NCBI GenBank assembly: GCA_015680685.1
Contig: MNCI01001451.1
Span: 1,199,843 to 1,263,842, forward strand
Reading direction: 5' to 3'
Length of the DNA: 64,000 nt
From: Gnetum montanum
Taxonomy: Eukaryota > Plantae > Gnetophyta
Positions within the stretch are counted from its first letter, which is position 1. Each line of letters begins with the position of its first letter. The position numbers and the translations under genes are program-made. Below, in pieces: positions 25,663 through 38,939 of the stretch. Under the pieces are notes generated by a model. That model worked only from the letters and a program-made list of their open reading frames with translations, was not told the DNA's origin and ran no database searches.

Positions 25663-25740
25663 GTATGGCCTTAAACTACCACATGGATCGGTATGGCCTC
25701 AAACTGCCATGTGGCCCAGTATGGCCTTAAACTGCCATGA
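25663..25740 (+). repeat. 28-bp tandem repeat x3 (GTATGGCCTTAAACTGCCA core) upstream of pol
   Basis: GTATGG at 25663, 25691 and 25719. Confidence 0.8.
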
Positions 25741-25869
25741 CTTCCACCACATCTCCTAATTTTATCAGTACACAGTTTAATTACCCTATGTTCGTTTAAA
25801 CTTTGTAACTCTCCTACCAAGGGTGTGTCTCTTACTTCACTCTCATTTTAATTGGTAGGAGTGAGCAAC

Positions 25870-28800
25870 ATGGCCACCAACAACATCCTCTCAACATTGT
25901 CTCTTAGTGGACCATACAGAGATGTAGAAAGAGCAATCAACCCAGAAACCTTGGATCTAAATCCATCCACCTATACCGATTTGATAGCCTCCACTCAAGA
26001 AACGTTAGACTGGCCTAAAAATGTGGCTAAAACTCTAGATCTAGAAGCTAACAATATCACTGAAGATCCTCTGGTTGAAATCCCCATCACCACAATCAAT
26101 GACGAAGCCAAAACCTTGAAATTAAGTGCCCTACTAGATTCATAACTCATAGGTGACATCACTCATGTGTTAAAAGAAAACATAAAAATGTTTGCATGGT
26201 CATATACAGACATTCTAGGACTAGACCCCCAGATCATCCAACACAACATTATTCTTGATGAAAAAATTAAACTAGTAAAGCAAAAAGCATGAAAGGTTAG
26301 ACCCGAAGTGGCAGTAGTAGTCTGCACTAAAATCAAAAAGCTATACCAAGCCGGTTTCATCCAAGCCGTCGATTATTCCAATTGGGTATCAAACATTGTT
26401 GTAGTTTCTAAGAAAAATGGTAGTATACGCATATGCATCAAGTTTCGCGATCTCAATGTAGCCACTATAAAGGATGATTTCCCATTACCTAGCATTGATC
26501 AACTTATTGACACAACTGTTGGGCATGTGCTATTGTCCTTCATGGATGGATTTTTGGGATACAATCAAATAAGAATCAATCTAGAACATCAACTTAGGAC
26601 AACATTCATGACACCTTGGGGCACATTCTGTTATACAATGATGCCATTTGGTCTTAAAAATTTAGGTGCCACATATCAGCGAGCAATGACATACATATTT
26701 AGTGATTACATGCTCAATTTGCTCAATGATTATGTTGACAACATCGCGGTCAAATATAAAATAACTAAACAACATGCAAAAGATCTAGACCTAGTTCTTG
26801 AAAATTGTCTCAAATATGACCTTAGGCTTAACCTAGAGAAGTGTATCTTTGGTGTTAAAATATGCAAAATTCTTGGCTTCCTAGTCTTCAAAACAGGGAT
26901 ATGGGTAGACCTTGATAAGGTTAAAGCAATAACTAATATGCAAGCACCAAGAAACCTTACTGAACTACATGGCCTCCAAGGTAGACTAAAATTCATTAGA
27001 TGCTTTATCAAAAGGCTAACAGATAAGTTGAGTCCTATGCAACAACTATTATAAAAGAATGTACATTTCCAATGGACTCAACAATGCTAAGAAGCGTTCG
27101 AGAACATAAAACAAGAGTTGGCTCAACTACCAACTATTTATCCTCCATAAAGTGACAAACATTTCTACATATATCTTGCAACTTTTGGTTCCTCCATTGC
27201 ATCCATGCTTTGTTAAAAATGTTAAGATGGAGCCAAGATCCCTGTATATTATCTAAGCCATGCTTTAATAGCCTATGAACAATGATACAATGATGTAGAA
27301 AAATCATGCCTTGCCCTCATCTTCTCCTTGAATAAATGGTAGCATTATCTCTTCTGTAATTAGGTTCACATCATTTGCAAGGATAATGTACTTTGTGCCA
27401 TCACTAATAACACCTATGAGTCAAGTAGGGTAGCCAGGTGGAAAGCAATGATCACAGAGTTTGACTTGCACTATGTTGCTCAATCTTCCACAAAAGGTCA
27501 AGCAATAGTCATGCAACTAACCATCTCACCGATGCACGATCAAATGATAATAAACCCCAAATTTCTAGATGAAAATGTTAATAGTGTAGACACTGTACCT
27601 AATAACTATGAGGAAATCCTCTACTTTGATGGAGCCTCAACTTCCCGAGGAGGAAGTGCTACGGCCATTTTAACATACCCCTCTAGAGAAATCCAACTCT
27701 TCACCTACTGATTAACCTTTCCTTGCACCAATAACGTGGTAGAGTATGAAGGTCTTCTTTGAGGTCTTCAAGAAATGTTAACTTTGAGAATCTCACCCCT
27801 TGTAGTTTGAGGGGATTCACAATTAGTCATTAATCAAGTCACTGAGGTTTACACATGCAAAGCTCTCCATTTGTAACCGTATTTTGATTTTACTAAACAT
27901 TTGGTAAGGCAACTAGTAGAAGTGGATATACAACATGTTCCTAAAAGTGAAAACACCATTGCTGATGCACTTTCCACACTAGCCTTAAACATGACACTCG
28001 AAATGTTCCATGTGTTTCCAAGCTCTATAACAAGTTACACTAAACTTATAATTAATACGCATGACAAAATGCCTATAGCATCCGTTAGTATAAAACATGC
28101 AATAGAATGGTATGATGACATAAAAGAGTACCTTCTAAGAGGCGAACCTACACAATACTTGACAAATGCTCAAAAGGACGCTATGCGAAAATGCTCCCAG
28201 CAATATGCATTAATAGGATATACCTTGTGTCGCAAATCTTACGAAGGCACTCTATTGATGTGCGTTAGTAGCATCAATGGTCAAATGATCATAAAACAAG
28301 TCCATGAAGGACTGTGTGGAGGACACATAGCACCTAATGCAATGGCAAAAAAGATTAGGCACTTAGGTTACTATTGGCCACACATGGAATATGATTACAT
28401 CTCCAAGGTCAGAACGTGTGACATTTTCCAAAAGCATGGTAATCTAATACATGTGCCACCTAACGAACTGCATATAGCATAAATCACATGGCCATTTCAA
28501 AAATGGGGTTTAGACTTAATTGGACCGATAACACCATCATCTTCAATAGGACATAGCTTTATTATCATTGCAACTAAATATTTCACAAAATGGGTAGAAG
28601 CTATTCCCCTTAGGAAGACCACCTCAAAACACATTTGCACTTTCATAATAGAAAATATCATTACACATTATGGTATTCCAATGACCATCGTTACTAACAA
28701 TGGGCCACTGTTCAGTAGTGTAGATACTAAAAGATTCTGTGAAAGTCTGGGCATTAAACATGCATTTTCATCATCTTACTACCCAGAGAGCAATGGTCAA

Positions 28801-29343
28801 GTGAAGGCTACAAACAAAACTATCATCATGGTGCTCAAAAAGATGTTAAATCAGAGCAAGAAATGATGGAATGAATAATTGGTCTATGCATTGTGGGCAT
28901 ATAGAACAACACATCGAACATCTATAGGTAAAACTCCATATAGTTTTATATATGGATTTGAAGTTGTTTTACGTTTAGAGTTGCAAGTTTCCTCATTACG
29001 GATAGCTCTCTTTGGCCTCCTCGATGAAAGTCAAAACAATGAATTGCACATTACTAACCTCAATTTGGTAGAAGAGGAACATGTGCAAACACTTGATCAA
29101 ATTGAATGGTACCAAAAACAACAGTGACAACAACACAAACATGATTTATACAAATGCCTGATCAAAGAAGGAGACTTAGTCCTTAAAGCCATATGTGAAC
29201 ACTTAGACAAATTCTCAGCCAACTGGGAAGGACATTAGTCATCAAGGCATACAATAATGGAGCATTAAAAATTTATGATATGAATGGAAACAAGTTCACT
29301 AATCCTACAAATCACTTATACCTAAAATGATACTATGTTTGAT
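25870..29343 (+). pseudogene. pol: pol ORF of Tat-A: reverse transcriptase, RNase H, archaeal-type RNase H, integrase
   Basis: RT: KDDFPLP, SFMDGFLGYNQI, MPFGLKN, DYVDNI. aRH: YFDGAS, TNNVVEYEGL, GDSQLVINQ, HVPKSENTIADALS. INT: HEGLCGGH...YYWP, WGLDLIGP, SNGQVKATNKT, ALWAYRTT. Scattered stops. Confidence 0.95.
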
Positions 29344-29366
29344 AGACTTGAGGTATGTCATAATTT

Positions 29367-29822
29367 TGGCATCATGACTTACAACTAATACCACAGAGTA
29401 GTTCTGGCATCATGACTTAAAACTGATACCACAGAGTAGTCCTAGTATCATGACTTAAAATTGATACCATAGAGTAGCCTTGGCATCATGACTTAAAACT
29501 GATACCATAGAGTAGTCCTAGCATAATGACTTAAAACTGATACCATAGAGTAGTCCTGGCATCATGACTTAAAACTGATACCATAGAGTAGTCCTAGCAT
29601 CATGACTTAAAACTGATACCATAGAGTAGTCTTAGCATCATGACTTAAAACTGATACCACAGAGTAGTCCTGACATCATGACTTAAAACTGATACCATAG
29701 AGTAGTCCTGACATCATGACTTAAAACTGATACCACAGAGTAATCCTAGCATCATGACTTCAAACTAATACCACAAAATAGTCCTAGCATCATGACTTAA
29801 AACTAATACCACAGAGTAGTCT
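29367..29822 (+). repeat. 38-bp tandem repeat x12 (TGGCATCATGACTTAAAACTGATACCACAGAGTAGTCC) in the Tat-A 3'UTR
   Basis: Exact 38-bp period from 29367 to the last unit at 29785. No unique spacers. Confidence 0.97.
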
Positions 29823-31195
29823 GTTATGCCTATAAACTGGCGTGCAGATTCTACTAAGACTATAAACTAGTTTGCCTCTTTACTGTCCACTACGACTATA
29901 AACTAGCAATGCACCATCTGCTATGACGCTAAACTAGCACTGTCCAAGGGGTTAGGATGTGAAACTAACCTGTAACAGTCCACTAAGACTATAAACTAGC
30001 GACATCATCAATGACTAGGAAAAAAACTCAAAAATATGTGTTTTTAAAATTGGCTGTACATGTTCCAAAAAGACTTGCTGCATGATTCATCTCATGGGCC
30101 CTAATGAAGCTGATGTTGTTCATGATTTTGTCTACTTTGAAAATTGCACATGGTGACTCCATCTTCTTATTTAAAGTGCTTAGCTGACCGTTTCTTTTGT
30201 GTTTTTCTTGTCTTCTTGAAGTTGTGTTTGTAGGATGACATGATTGAGCTGTTCATACATAGATGCACTTCATAATGACGACAAGGTATCACATTCTTCT
30301 TGATGCACGTAACTAGGTTAATCAATCTATTCATAAGGACATTCTTGACTCTTGATGCATTCCCGACTCTTGATGCATTTCCTTTTTCCCCTTCATGTCC
30401 CTATCCCCTATTCAATTACACGCCTAGATACATTCTCTTAATACACTATTTCATACTGTGACTCTCTAAGAAATTGCAACACAAAATACAAAACATAGTG
30501 CATGACCCAAAATGCAAGTGCAGGAACATGAGCACAACGCTAAAAGTAAGTTGTTTCAAAAAGATCAAAAAGAAAAAGAAAAATAAAAGAAAAATAAAGA
30601 AAAAAGAAAAATAAAGAAAAAAAAAGGAAAATAAGAAACAAACAAACAAAAGTTTCAAAGAGCAAAATGCATGGAAAAGGTCTTCACGACCTCGTTGACA
30701 TCATAAACCACAAACTATTGGCTATTCTCATACAAGCCTCAAGTGAGAAGGAAATTATCTTGAAAAATAGCTATACTTGCATCTCAAAGAGACCATGTGG
30801 CACATCATTGTGTGGCTTTGGCTGTTTACAATGAGCCTCACAAATACTCTATAAGAGTCTCGTTTCTCCAAAGAACGCACCTCCTATGTATTGGTTCCAA
30901 GTCTATTGAAAACCTGGCTGTTGACAAGGACCAATAACATAAATTGTTCATGTGAGAGCATTCCTCTCCCACAATTCCAACAATAATTATCACCCTTGAC
31001 CAACTCCTGGCTTCCCCTGGTTAAAACTAATCCCCTCCCCTTGTATCTCAAACTGCATTTCCCTGATCCCATGTACTTTTGAAAGCAGAGTGACAACATC
31101 TAGCCAAGGGCCAATAGATAATGCTTGGTACTTGGTTGTTCATGATGTTTTGCACTTCTTTGTTGATGCCTCTTGGGTGGATTCCTCTAGATGTT

Positions 31196-31211
31196 AATAA
31201 AGAGGGGCCAA
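31196..31211 (+). promoter_or_regulatory. Polypurine tract of Tat-A
   Basis: TAATAAAGAGGGGCCAA directly before the 3' LTR TG at 31212. Confidence 0.7.
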
Positions 31212-32902
31212 TGAAACACCACTAATTTCGGCCTAGCACTTTGGAATGGAAACGACTCAAGCCCTTTCAAAGTTTTGGAGAAAAAATTTGGCTAAGGCAT
31301 GACATTCATGCTAACTTGGGAACTCACGCTAGATGATGAATGCTAACAATTCATGCTAGACATCAACAATTCATGATGGATGCTGTGGTCATGTTGCAGC
31401 GTGACCTCCAGCGTAACCAACTTTCACAACTCCAAATAGCCTCCAAACCGACTTAGAATGACTTGATTTCGAATGTGCAGGTCATCCTCGGGCATCCTCA
31501 GTCTCAGCATCAATAATCTCTAACTTCAGCCTCCAGAATCTCCTAATTTTAAGTAAAAAATTACAAGTTTTCACAAGTGACGCTATAGGTCACGCTATGG
31601 TCACATTGCAGCATGAGTGCAATCTGACCTACAAAGGATGGCTCAAAAACAATGCACATCAACCTTAGTTTTCAACCTCAAGATCACTCAGGTAGGCAGG
31701 TAGTAGTCACACTTAAAAAATATAGGCTTTAGAATTCAAAAAATAGTGTCAAAAAGTGTCTTTTATCTTACTCACGCTGAAGGTCACGCTCAACATGATT
31801 ACAACATGAGTGCAGCGTACGCACGCTAAGACATACACGCTACATGCTGGGACATTGGCACTCACACTAGAGGTCACACTGAGCATGAGTGTAGAGTGAA
31901 CATGATAGAATTTACATTGAAGCTCAACTTGACTCAGTTTGAAGGCACATCAACTCATGTTGGAAGCCCTGGTTAAACAAAGATGCCTTGAACAGCCACA
32001 AATCGACATCTTGACATCCTGCAGCATTCGATCCATGGTCAAGAACTAGGATTGAATTTCTCTTGTTGTATATTTCATTGTAAATATTCACTTGTGGGCT
32101 TGTCAGGACCTCACAATCTAAATTATATGTACTCCCATGGGTTTGAGTAACCCATGAGTTGTAAAATGTAATGTATCTAGTCAAGAACGTAGCTTGCCAA
32201 CACACATCCAACTCTTGCCAACATACATCCAACTCATGCATAACTATCAATTGGACATGTGTTACTTGATCCATTTTCTGTTAAATCCCAACCATTGATT
32301 CCATTCTAGAATTTCACATTTGAGCCTGGCCCAGCCCTATAAATACCCTATTAATTCACATGAATAGGGGTTGGTAATTAGAGACATTGGCAATTCTGAG
32401 AACATACAGAAAACTAGCAATCCTTGGACGCTTGGCACACTTGACTCATGGCATCCAAGTACTTCTCACATACATCACATTACATCATCACCTCGGGGCT
32501 AGGCGTTTGACCTACCATGCACACGTGCAACTACGCTTTGATCGGTGCAATTTTTTTTAAGCAATACAATTTAGTTTGTTTTGTCAGCCAACCATTATTT
32601 CTATTTACTCTATTTTATATTTAGTTTACATTCCATTTGCAATACACTACATATATTTTTGTTTACATTTTATGCACAGTATTCACATTTTAAGACATCA
32701 TTTATGATAACCCCAGCGCAAACCATAGTTTACGCTTGGGGAAGTCCTTGGTTGATTTGTGTGAAGACCATCCAAGGCACTCTACCTTCGTTTACTTTTC
32801 CAGCTTGCCCCCAGGCAAAAGTAGGGTCAGCTGTGTTTAACCGATGATCTTTCGGTGTTTGTTTTCCCTTCTAGCCATACACCGACGATTTAGGTCAGTA
32901 CA
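31212..32902 (+). repeat. 3' LTR of Tat-A
   Basis: TGAAACACCACTAATT...GGTCAGTACA, a direct repeat of 14194-15850. Confidence 0.95.
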
Positions 32903-35487
32903 AGAGAGACTTACCAATTTTGGCACAACAAGGAAGAGGGTACTACTATCAACATTAGAGGAATCTTAATGTCATTCTCAATCAAAGAAATTAGAAAAGC
33001 TATAAATATACCCAATGAGGGGGCACGGTTAGCACATTTGTCCACTCAATTTAATCCTAAAATCATAAAGGGATGGTTGAAATGGACTTATGGCAAAAAC
33101 GATAATGAGCTAACTCTGGAGGAGAGAATATACTTTAAAATTGAGATTATCACCTATTCCCAATAAAATAACTCAATCAACTATCAAATTATGCAACTAG
33201 AGGTAATGTGATTTTGATGGCCAAATATAGTGCCAACCTTGCACAACTATACTTCATGGATATTCAAAGGTAATTTAAAGATAAGAAGGTAGGGAACCAA
33301 AAACTTCCATTTTCTTGCCTTATTAAGAAGCTTTTTAAGCAAGATAGAATCCCAAGATATACCAATGATGTTCTTAGGAGAGCCAAAAATGCTTCATACG
33401 CTGAGTTACTTAAACTAGCTTCACTAAGGAATGATCATGATGAAGAGTAAGAAAAAGAATAGGAATAAGAGAAACAACAAGAGCAACAAGAACAACAATA
33501 GAAAGTAGGGCCCAATGACCAATAACAATAGTAGCAACAACAAGAACAACAAGTTCCACTACTGTTTCCATAATATTATAGACCATTGATGAGTCATCTA
33601 TAGTAGATTGTAGAAACAATCAGCTAGGAAATGAGGGAACGAGCCAATCTATATAGATTTATTGATAGTGCCATTAGACCCATAGTTTTAGCTAATCCAG
33701 CAAGTGGAAAAATTTCATTACAATAAGGAGAAAAGGTATAATGGTCATAACAAATCTCTAGGAGCATTGCATAATTCAAAGTGGTGCTAGAGTTTCGAGA
33801 AGAAGCCATAGTTATAGTAATGTAGCACTAGGATGTAGTGGAAGTAGTAGAGGTGAGCATAGATCATATCAAAGAGTCTTTCAATGTACCTATTGTGCCA
33901 CCGATAGATCTAACTAGAGCTAGAGATGCTTAGAGGTTAGCCAAAACCTCAATGATTCCTAGTGGTCATGTGAATGTTCTTGATAGCCTACTACAGACTT
34001 GGCAAGTCATGACAACATTGTTTAACATTTGCAGTGATATCACTATAGTAAAATTTGAAATCATAACTACCAAAGGGAAAATGCTAATGGTAGAGACTAG
34101 GATAGATCATGTAGAAGTATAATTTTTGAAACTACAAGAATAGCTTATATCCCTAAGAGCTGAAAGAAGTGAACACACACAATTTGTTGCACCTAATCGT
34201 ATAGAGCAATTTAGAGTAGAGAAAATTAATATATTGATTAAGTAGAATAAACAAATGCAAAATGAGAAGGAGAAAGTAATATGAAATGCCTCTATAGCTG
34301 AATCATATAAGTATGCACATGTGAAGGTACTTACTATAGTTTAAAAAGAAAATAAGCAACTTGCTGCTGACAACTTAAGTTTGACAATTGTGGAAAAATA
34401 GAAAAACATCTTAGAAGAGAGTATCCACCATTTAAGGGAATAACTGTCAAGGGTTAACTAGGACATGAGTTGTCTCATGAGAGAAAACAAAATCCTCTCT
34501 ATGGAAGGGGTACATGCCATTAGACAAAAATCAGTCATTGAAATCAGTGTGTGGAAAAGCAAGGTAAAGAAACATCAGAGGCTCAAGGAATACTTCAATG
34601 ACCAAATCGGCATTTACAAAAAAATAAACATGAAGGAAATTCAAATGGAAAAGGCCAAATTCAGCTCCATATTAGCATAGAATCCTAACTAGCAATTCAT
34701 TCTAGATAGCTATGCCCTTGTCCACCAAGTGGAAGTAAAGAATATAGACTTGTAGATCGAAGACTGAAAAGAGTACATGGGGTTAGCTAACCTTCGTTAT
34801 GCTGACTTAGCCATGTTGATAGTAGGTAGGCTTAGAAATGAATTAAAAAATTAAGTAGTAGCCACATATGCATTATATGAGAATAGTTTACAGATTGTAA
34901 AGATGCCCTGTAGAAACTTCAAGTGAAAAACTATGAATTGGATGTAGTAAAGGTTAGCTATCATGGGCAAAAAGATGTAGTAGTAAACTTGACTAGAAGA
35001 TTATCAAACTACCATGAAATCCATGAAAAGAATAGAGCATTCGAAGAGGAAAGGAGGTAATTTGTAGCTTGGTACATTAAAGAAAATTAGATGTTTCTAC
35101 AGCTACCATGGGCATGGAATGTGTCAACTCCATCAAACATTGGTTCATTAGCATGGACAGTGCATAATCACATAATGAATGAAGAAAAAATTTAGGTGCT
35201 CCTAAATTGGTACAAATTTCAGGAGCTTGATGATAAGGGAAAGAAATCAATGGAAGAGCCACCACCACCTAAGAAAACATAGGGCTACATCTAGCTCCAT
35301 CAAATTTTTTTCTTTTTGTAAAGTTGTACTATCCTGAGTCATGTTGTTTTTGTAAACTCCACTATGGCATTAGATAGTCATGTATATAAGAGTTAGTGTC
35401 ATATGAATCTACCTCTTAATTTTTTAAGGAACTCTATCCTCATATTGCTTTAACTCAAGGATAGGTTTTCAGTTAGTCATTGGGGTA
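32903..35487 (+). mobile_element. Continuation of Ath-1: decayed 3' accessory (env-position) ORF and 3'UTR
   Basis: Collinear with 50070-52725, for example EISVWKSK...DQIGIYKKIN versus EITTWKNK...DQVGL*KEVN. Shared pre-LTR ACTCAAGGAT...AGTCAT(T/G)GGGGTA. Confidence 0.8.
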
Positions 35488-36205
35488 TGATAAATAAAAT
35501 TTTTCTTGGTCATAATATTATGTATACAATATTGGATTTATGATACTAGATCCTCGATATTAGGGCACAAGATACGATATCATGTATCCAATATTGCAGG
35601 CATGTGCAAGATTATCAATACAACACTTAGGTGTAAAATCCACATATAGTTTCATTTCACACTTCATAAAATTTTGTTAGTTTGTTTTCTTGATTTTAGC
35701 ACTTAGCACTTAGGTGTGTGTGCCCATAGTGTGATGTTTAGTAATTGAATGGAGTCTTTATTCAAGTGGAATCTACTTCAACATGTTTCATGCACAAGAA
35801 TAAAGATTAAGATTACTATACATCATTGCAGCATCACTTAGTATTTATTTCTTACACTTAGAATAATTTTACCATTTTTAGTTAGCTCAATGTCTACTAT
35901 TTTCATTAGTTACTGATTTACTTTCTATGCACTTTACTATCCTTGTTGTTAAGCTAAATGAGTATGAATGATCTCAAACACTGAAGTGTAATTACTTGGT
36001 AACCTAGTAGTAGTATCACTTGGTACACGTAGTAGTGTGGTAGTTGGTAATCATAGTAGTAGTTACATGAAGTTCAAGGTGTGAACAGAAGATCAAGATA
36101 GACTACTTATCACATATGCTAGGTTAGATTTGTTTAATGTTAGTTAGAATTAGAAACCTTTACTCTTACCTTATGTTTTCTAGGTGAATTTTGGCCAACA
36201 CAACA
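35488..36205 (+). repeat. 3' LTR of Ath-1 (right boundary approximate)
   Basis: TGATAAA after the GGGGTA tract, as at 52726. Internal TAGTAGTATCACTTGGT similarity to 53240-53285. Candidate end ...CAACACAACA. Confidence 0.6.
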
Positions 36206-36224
36206 TGATTATCATATGCCTCAC

Positions 36225-37523
36225 TGTGAGTTAAACTATATGCATTAATTTTACTAACCTGCATGGGAAGACAAAAATTGCAAACTCTAATCAATTACTA
36301 GCATAATTACATTGCCTTGTCCATGGAATTTGACTAAGTTGCATGTGAACACTTGTAACTCATATGGTTGGATTTTGGACTACTCCACTACTTATCACTT
36401 TGTAAAACAAAAGCACACACATTGAATTTAACATGATTTCCAAACATGGATAGTCCACACTCATAGTGTAGATCACTAGCACATCTCCAAAGTTTATTTC
36501 TCTTAAATGTGGTTGAAGGGTCCACACTCGGTATAGTCTTCAAGGCCCACTCCAAGGTGTAGTGTTATAACATGAACCACTCAATCTTACAAGGTCCTTT
36601 CAAGCTTAGAATTTGGTTTCTAGGCTTCTAGAACCTTTACAACCTTGAGCACTACTTTGGAGTATTGTACCACAGTACCAACAACTCAATCCCATAGGAA
36701 CCTAACAAGTTCAAGCAAGATGCCTTCTCTTAAGAAGTACATCAATATCATAGGGCAACAAGAGAATAATAATTACAAGGGATGGATGCAACTTAGTTTG
36801 TTGTTCCTTTTACTTTGAGGTACAAAACACTTTACAATGAACAAATGATGATGCAATGAAGAGCAATAGTGAATACAATGATAGATAAATGATTAGACAA
36901 TGATTATACACAAGCTTTCACATTTCCCAATGCATATGATGTCTTGTTATAGCTACCATGTTTCTAAATCCATCTTGAAACTCATGTAATAGCTAGTCAA
37001 GAGTCACCAATGGTCATGGAAGACATCTTCTTCATGATTGAGACATCTTTCTATATTTTCCTTTAATTATTTTAAGATATCTTTGTCTAGGAAAGATGTC
37101 TTTGTCTTATGGAAGATGTCTTTATCTAATTGACGACGTCTTTTTGAGTTTGGCCTACATTCTGTGAAGACATCTTTGCCTATGGAAAAACATCTACTAT
37201 TTCTTAAATATGTCTTTGTCTAAGTTCATTCCAATTCTGCCAAGACATCTACAATTTTTGAGAGATGTCTTTCTTCAACTTTCTTTGTCCTTTGAATTCA
37301 TGATTCATTGTCCATAGCCTTGATCTTCTGCATGTTTTGATAATGATAACTTTTCTTGTATGATATCTAGTCCTTATCCACATTCTTTGAAATTTTTGCA
37401 TGTTTTTTTAAGACCTTGTGGGTGACCTTTTCCTCTAAGCTCTAGACTAGTTCATTTATTGTCATTTACATAGGCTTTACCCCATCTTTGTTTCCCATGT
37501 ACATTGTCTTATAAAAACAATCA
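36225..37523 (-). repeat. Putative solo LTR of unassigned family with clustered AAGACATCTT/AAGATGTCTT motifs
   Basis: TG...CA candidate ends, TATA-like element on the minus strand near 36948, motif cluster at 37020-37270. No clean TSD. Confidence 0.4.
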
Positions 37524-38939
37524 GCACACAACCATGTAAACAACCTTTGACTTCATTTTACTTAATGTTTTGACACACAAAAAGGTCCACATATTATATA
37601 GAAGATTATTTATACACCACATTTATAGGATTTTTTTAAAAAAATAATTTCATATTCTAATTTTTTCTTCTAAATATCTCTCACAAAATCTTTATGAAAT
37701 AGAATACTTCATTAATTTTTGCACTATATTTATCTTTCCTAGTTAGAGAATAAAGATATATCATTTTTGAAGTTGTTGGATTAATTAATATTAATATTCA
37801 ATCACCCTTTTCCAATTTGGAAATTAATAGGAATAAATGTTTTTCACACCTCATGCAATTTATGTTGTTTCTTTTAAGGTATTTTTTGAAGTTAATAACT
37901 AAACTCTTTGGCTTGTTTTATCCCTTTGGTAACAAAAATCATCACAATATACCAATGGATGCTTGAAATAGTACTTTGTATTATATTTATTATTAGATTG
38001 CAAAACTTTGAAGTAATAAATAAATATGGTATCCTCTAGCTAACATTGTGTTTTAATTATTATAGTTCTAAACTAGTGACTATATTCTTATCTACCAATA
38101 GTTCATAGTTTTTAAAATTTTCTAAAAAAATAAACTTTTGAATTTTTCATTCAAATCTCGTTTTTGCTATATTATTTTTCATATATTTGTTAGAAGGATT
38201 TTCTAGACTCTTGAATGTACCAAGATCTATCAATGGATTGCCTTCAATGTCAAGTGTTAAACATGTACTATTGCTAGTTTGTCTTGCCTCACTTGTCTTC
38301 TTAGCATTGCATTCAAGGCAATTTGTACTAGGATGTTGTATCTTTTCTTACTCTAAATTTTGTTGTAGGAAAAATAAAAAACAAATTTGAATAATAGAAC
38401 TTAATCAATAATATATAAATTTTGGAAACAAGGTTTCAACATATGAAGCATCTAAGTATCTGAGTTGAGTTTTTATTGGTTTAAGTATTTATTTATTGTG
38501 GCTAAGATCTAACATGATGTAATGGTCAATGTTGTTGTAGCTAAGTTTGATGGGGGCTTAGCTAGATTTGTTCTAGTGGAGGGTGGATTATTTGTTATGG
38601 ATGTTCTTAAAGGCATTCATTGGATGATTTGATCTTTAGAATAAAATTAATTTCATGGTGACAAAGACAAACAAGGTTTTGATTTTGGAGATGGTGTTAC
38701 CAACACAACATTAAAGTTTTAGGAATGCACTAGTAGGAATATTTTTAGGCCATATGCCTTTGTTCTATGAAATGCAAGCTTGGGTGAAATGCACAAGCCC
38801 TTTCATGACCATGGAGATTACACTACTTCAAGGTATTACATTCTTTTCTAAATTTGATTTGAAATATAACATGCATATGATGAAGGTAAGAATCACCTTA
38901 AGAGTTGGGAACATGGTTGTGTAAGTTAAGAAATGAAAG

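Larger units (their letters stand above)
14194..32902 (+). mobile_element. Full-length Tat-clade Ty3/gypsy LTR retrotransposon (Tat-A, 18.7 kb), degenerate
   Basis: Two ~1.66-1.69-kb LTRs, PBS, PPT, gag-PR, RT-RH-aRH-INT. Imperfect 5-bp TSD GAAGA/AGAGA. Confidence 0.95.

Noticed and set aside
29367-29822. CRISPR-like array of 38-bp repeats
   Set aside because: Units are contiguous with no unique spacers, no cas genes are present, and the context is a plant retrotransposon 3'UTR.
30446-30658. Phe-rich membrane-like ORF (similar ones at 13611-13928 and 55904-56089)
   Set aside because: Reverse translation of A-rich or purine-rich low-complexity tracts, or antisense of TE ORFs.
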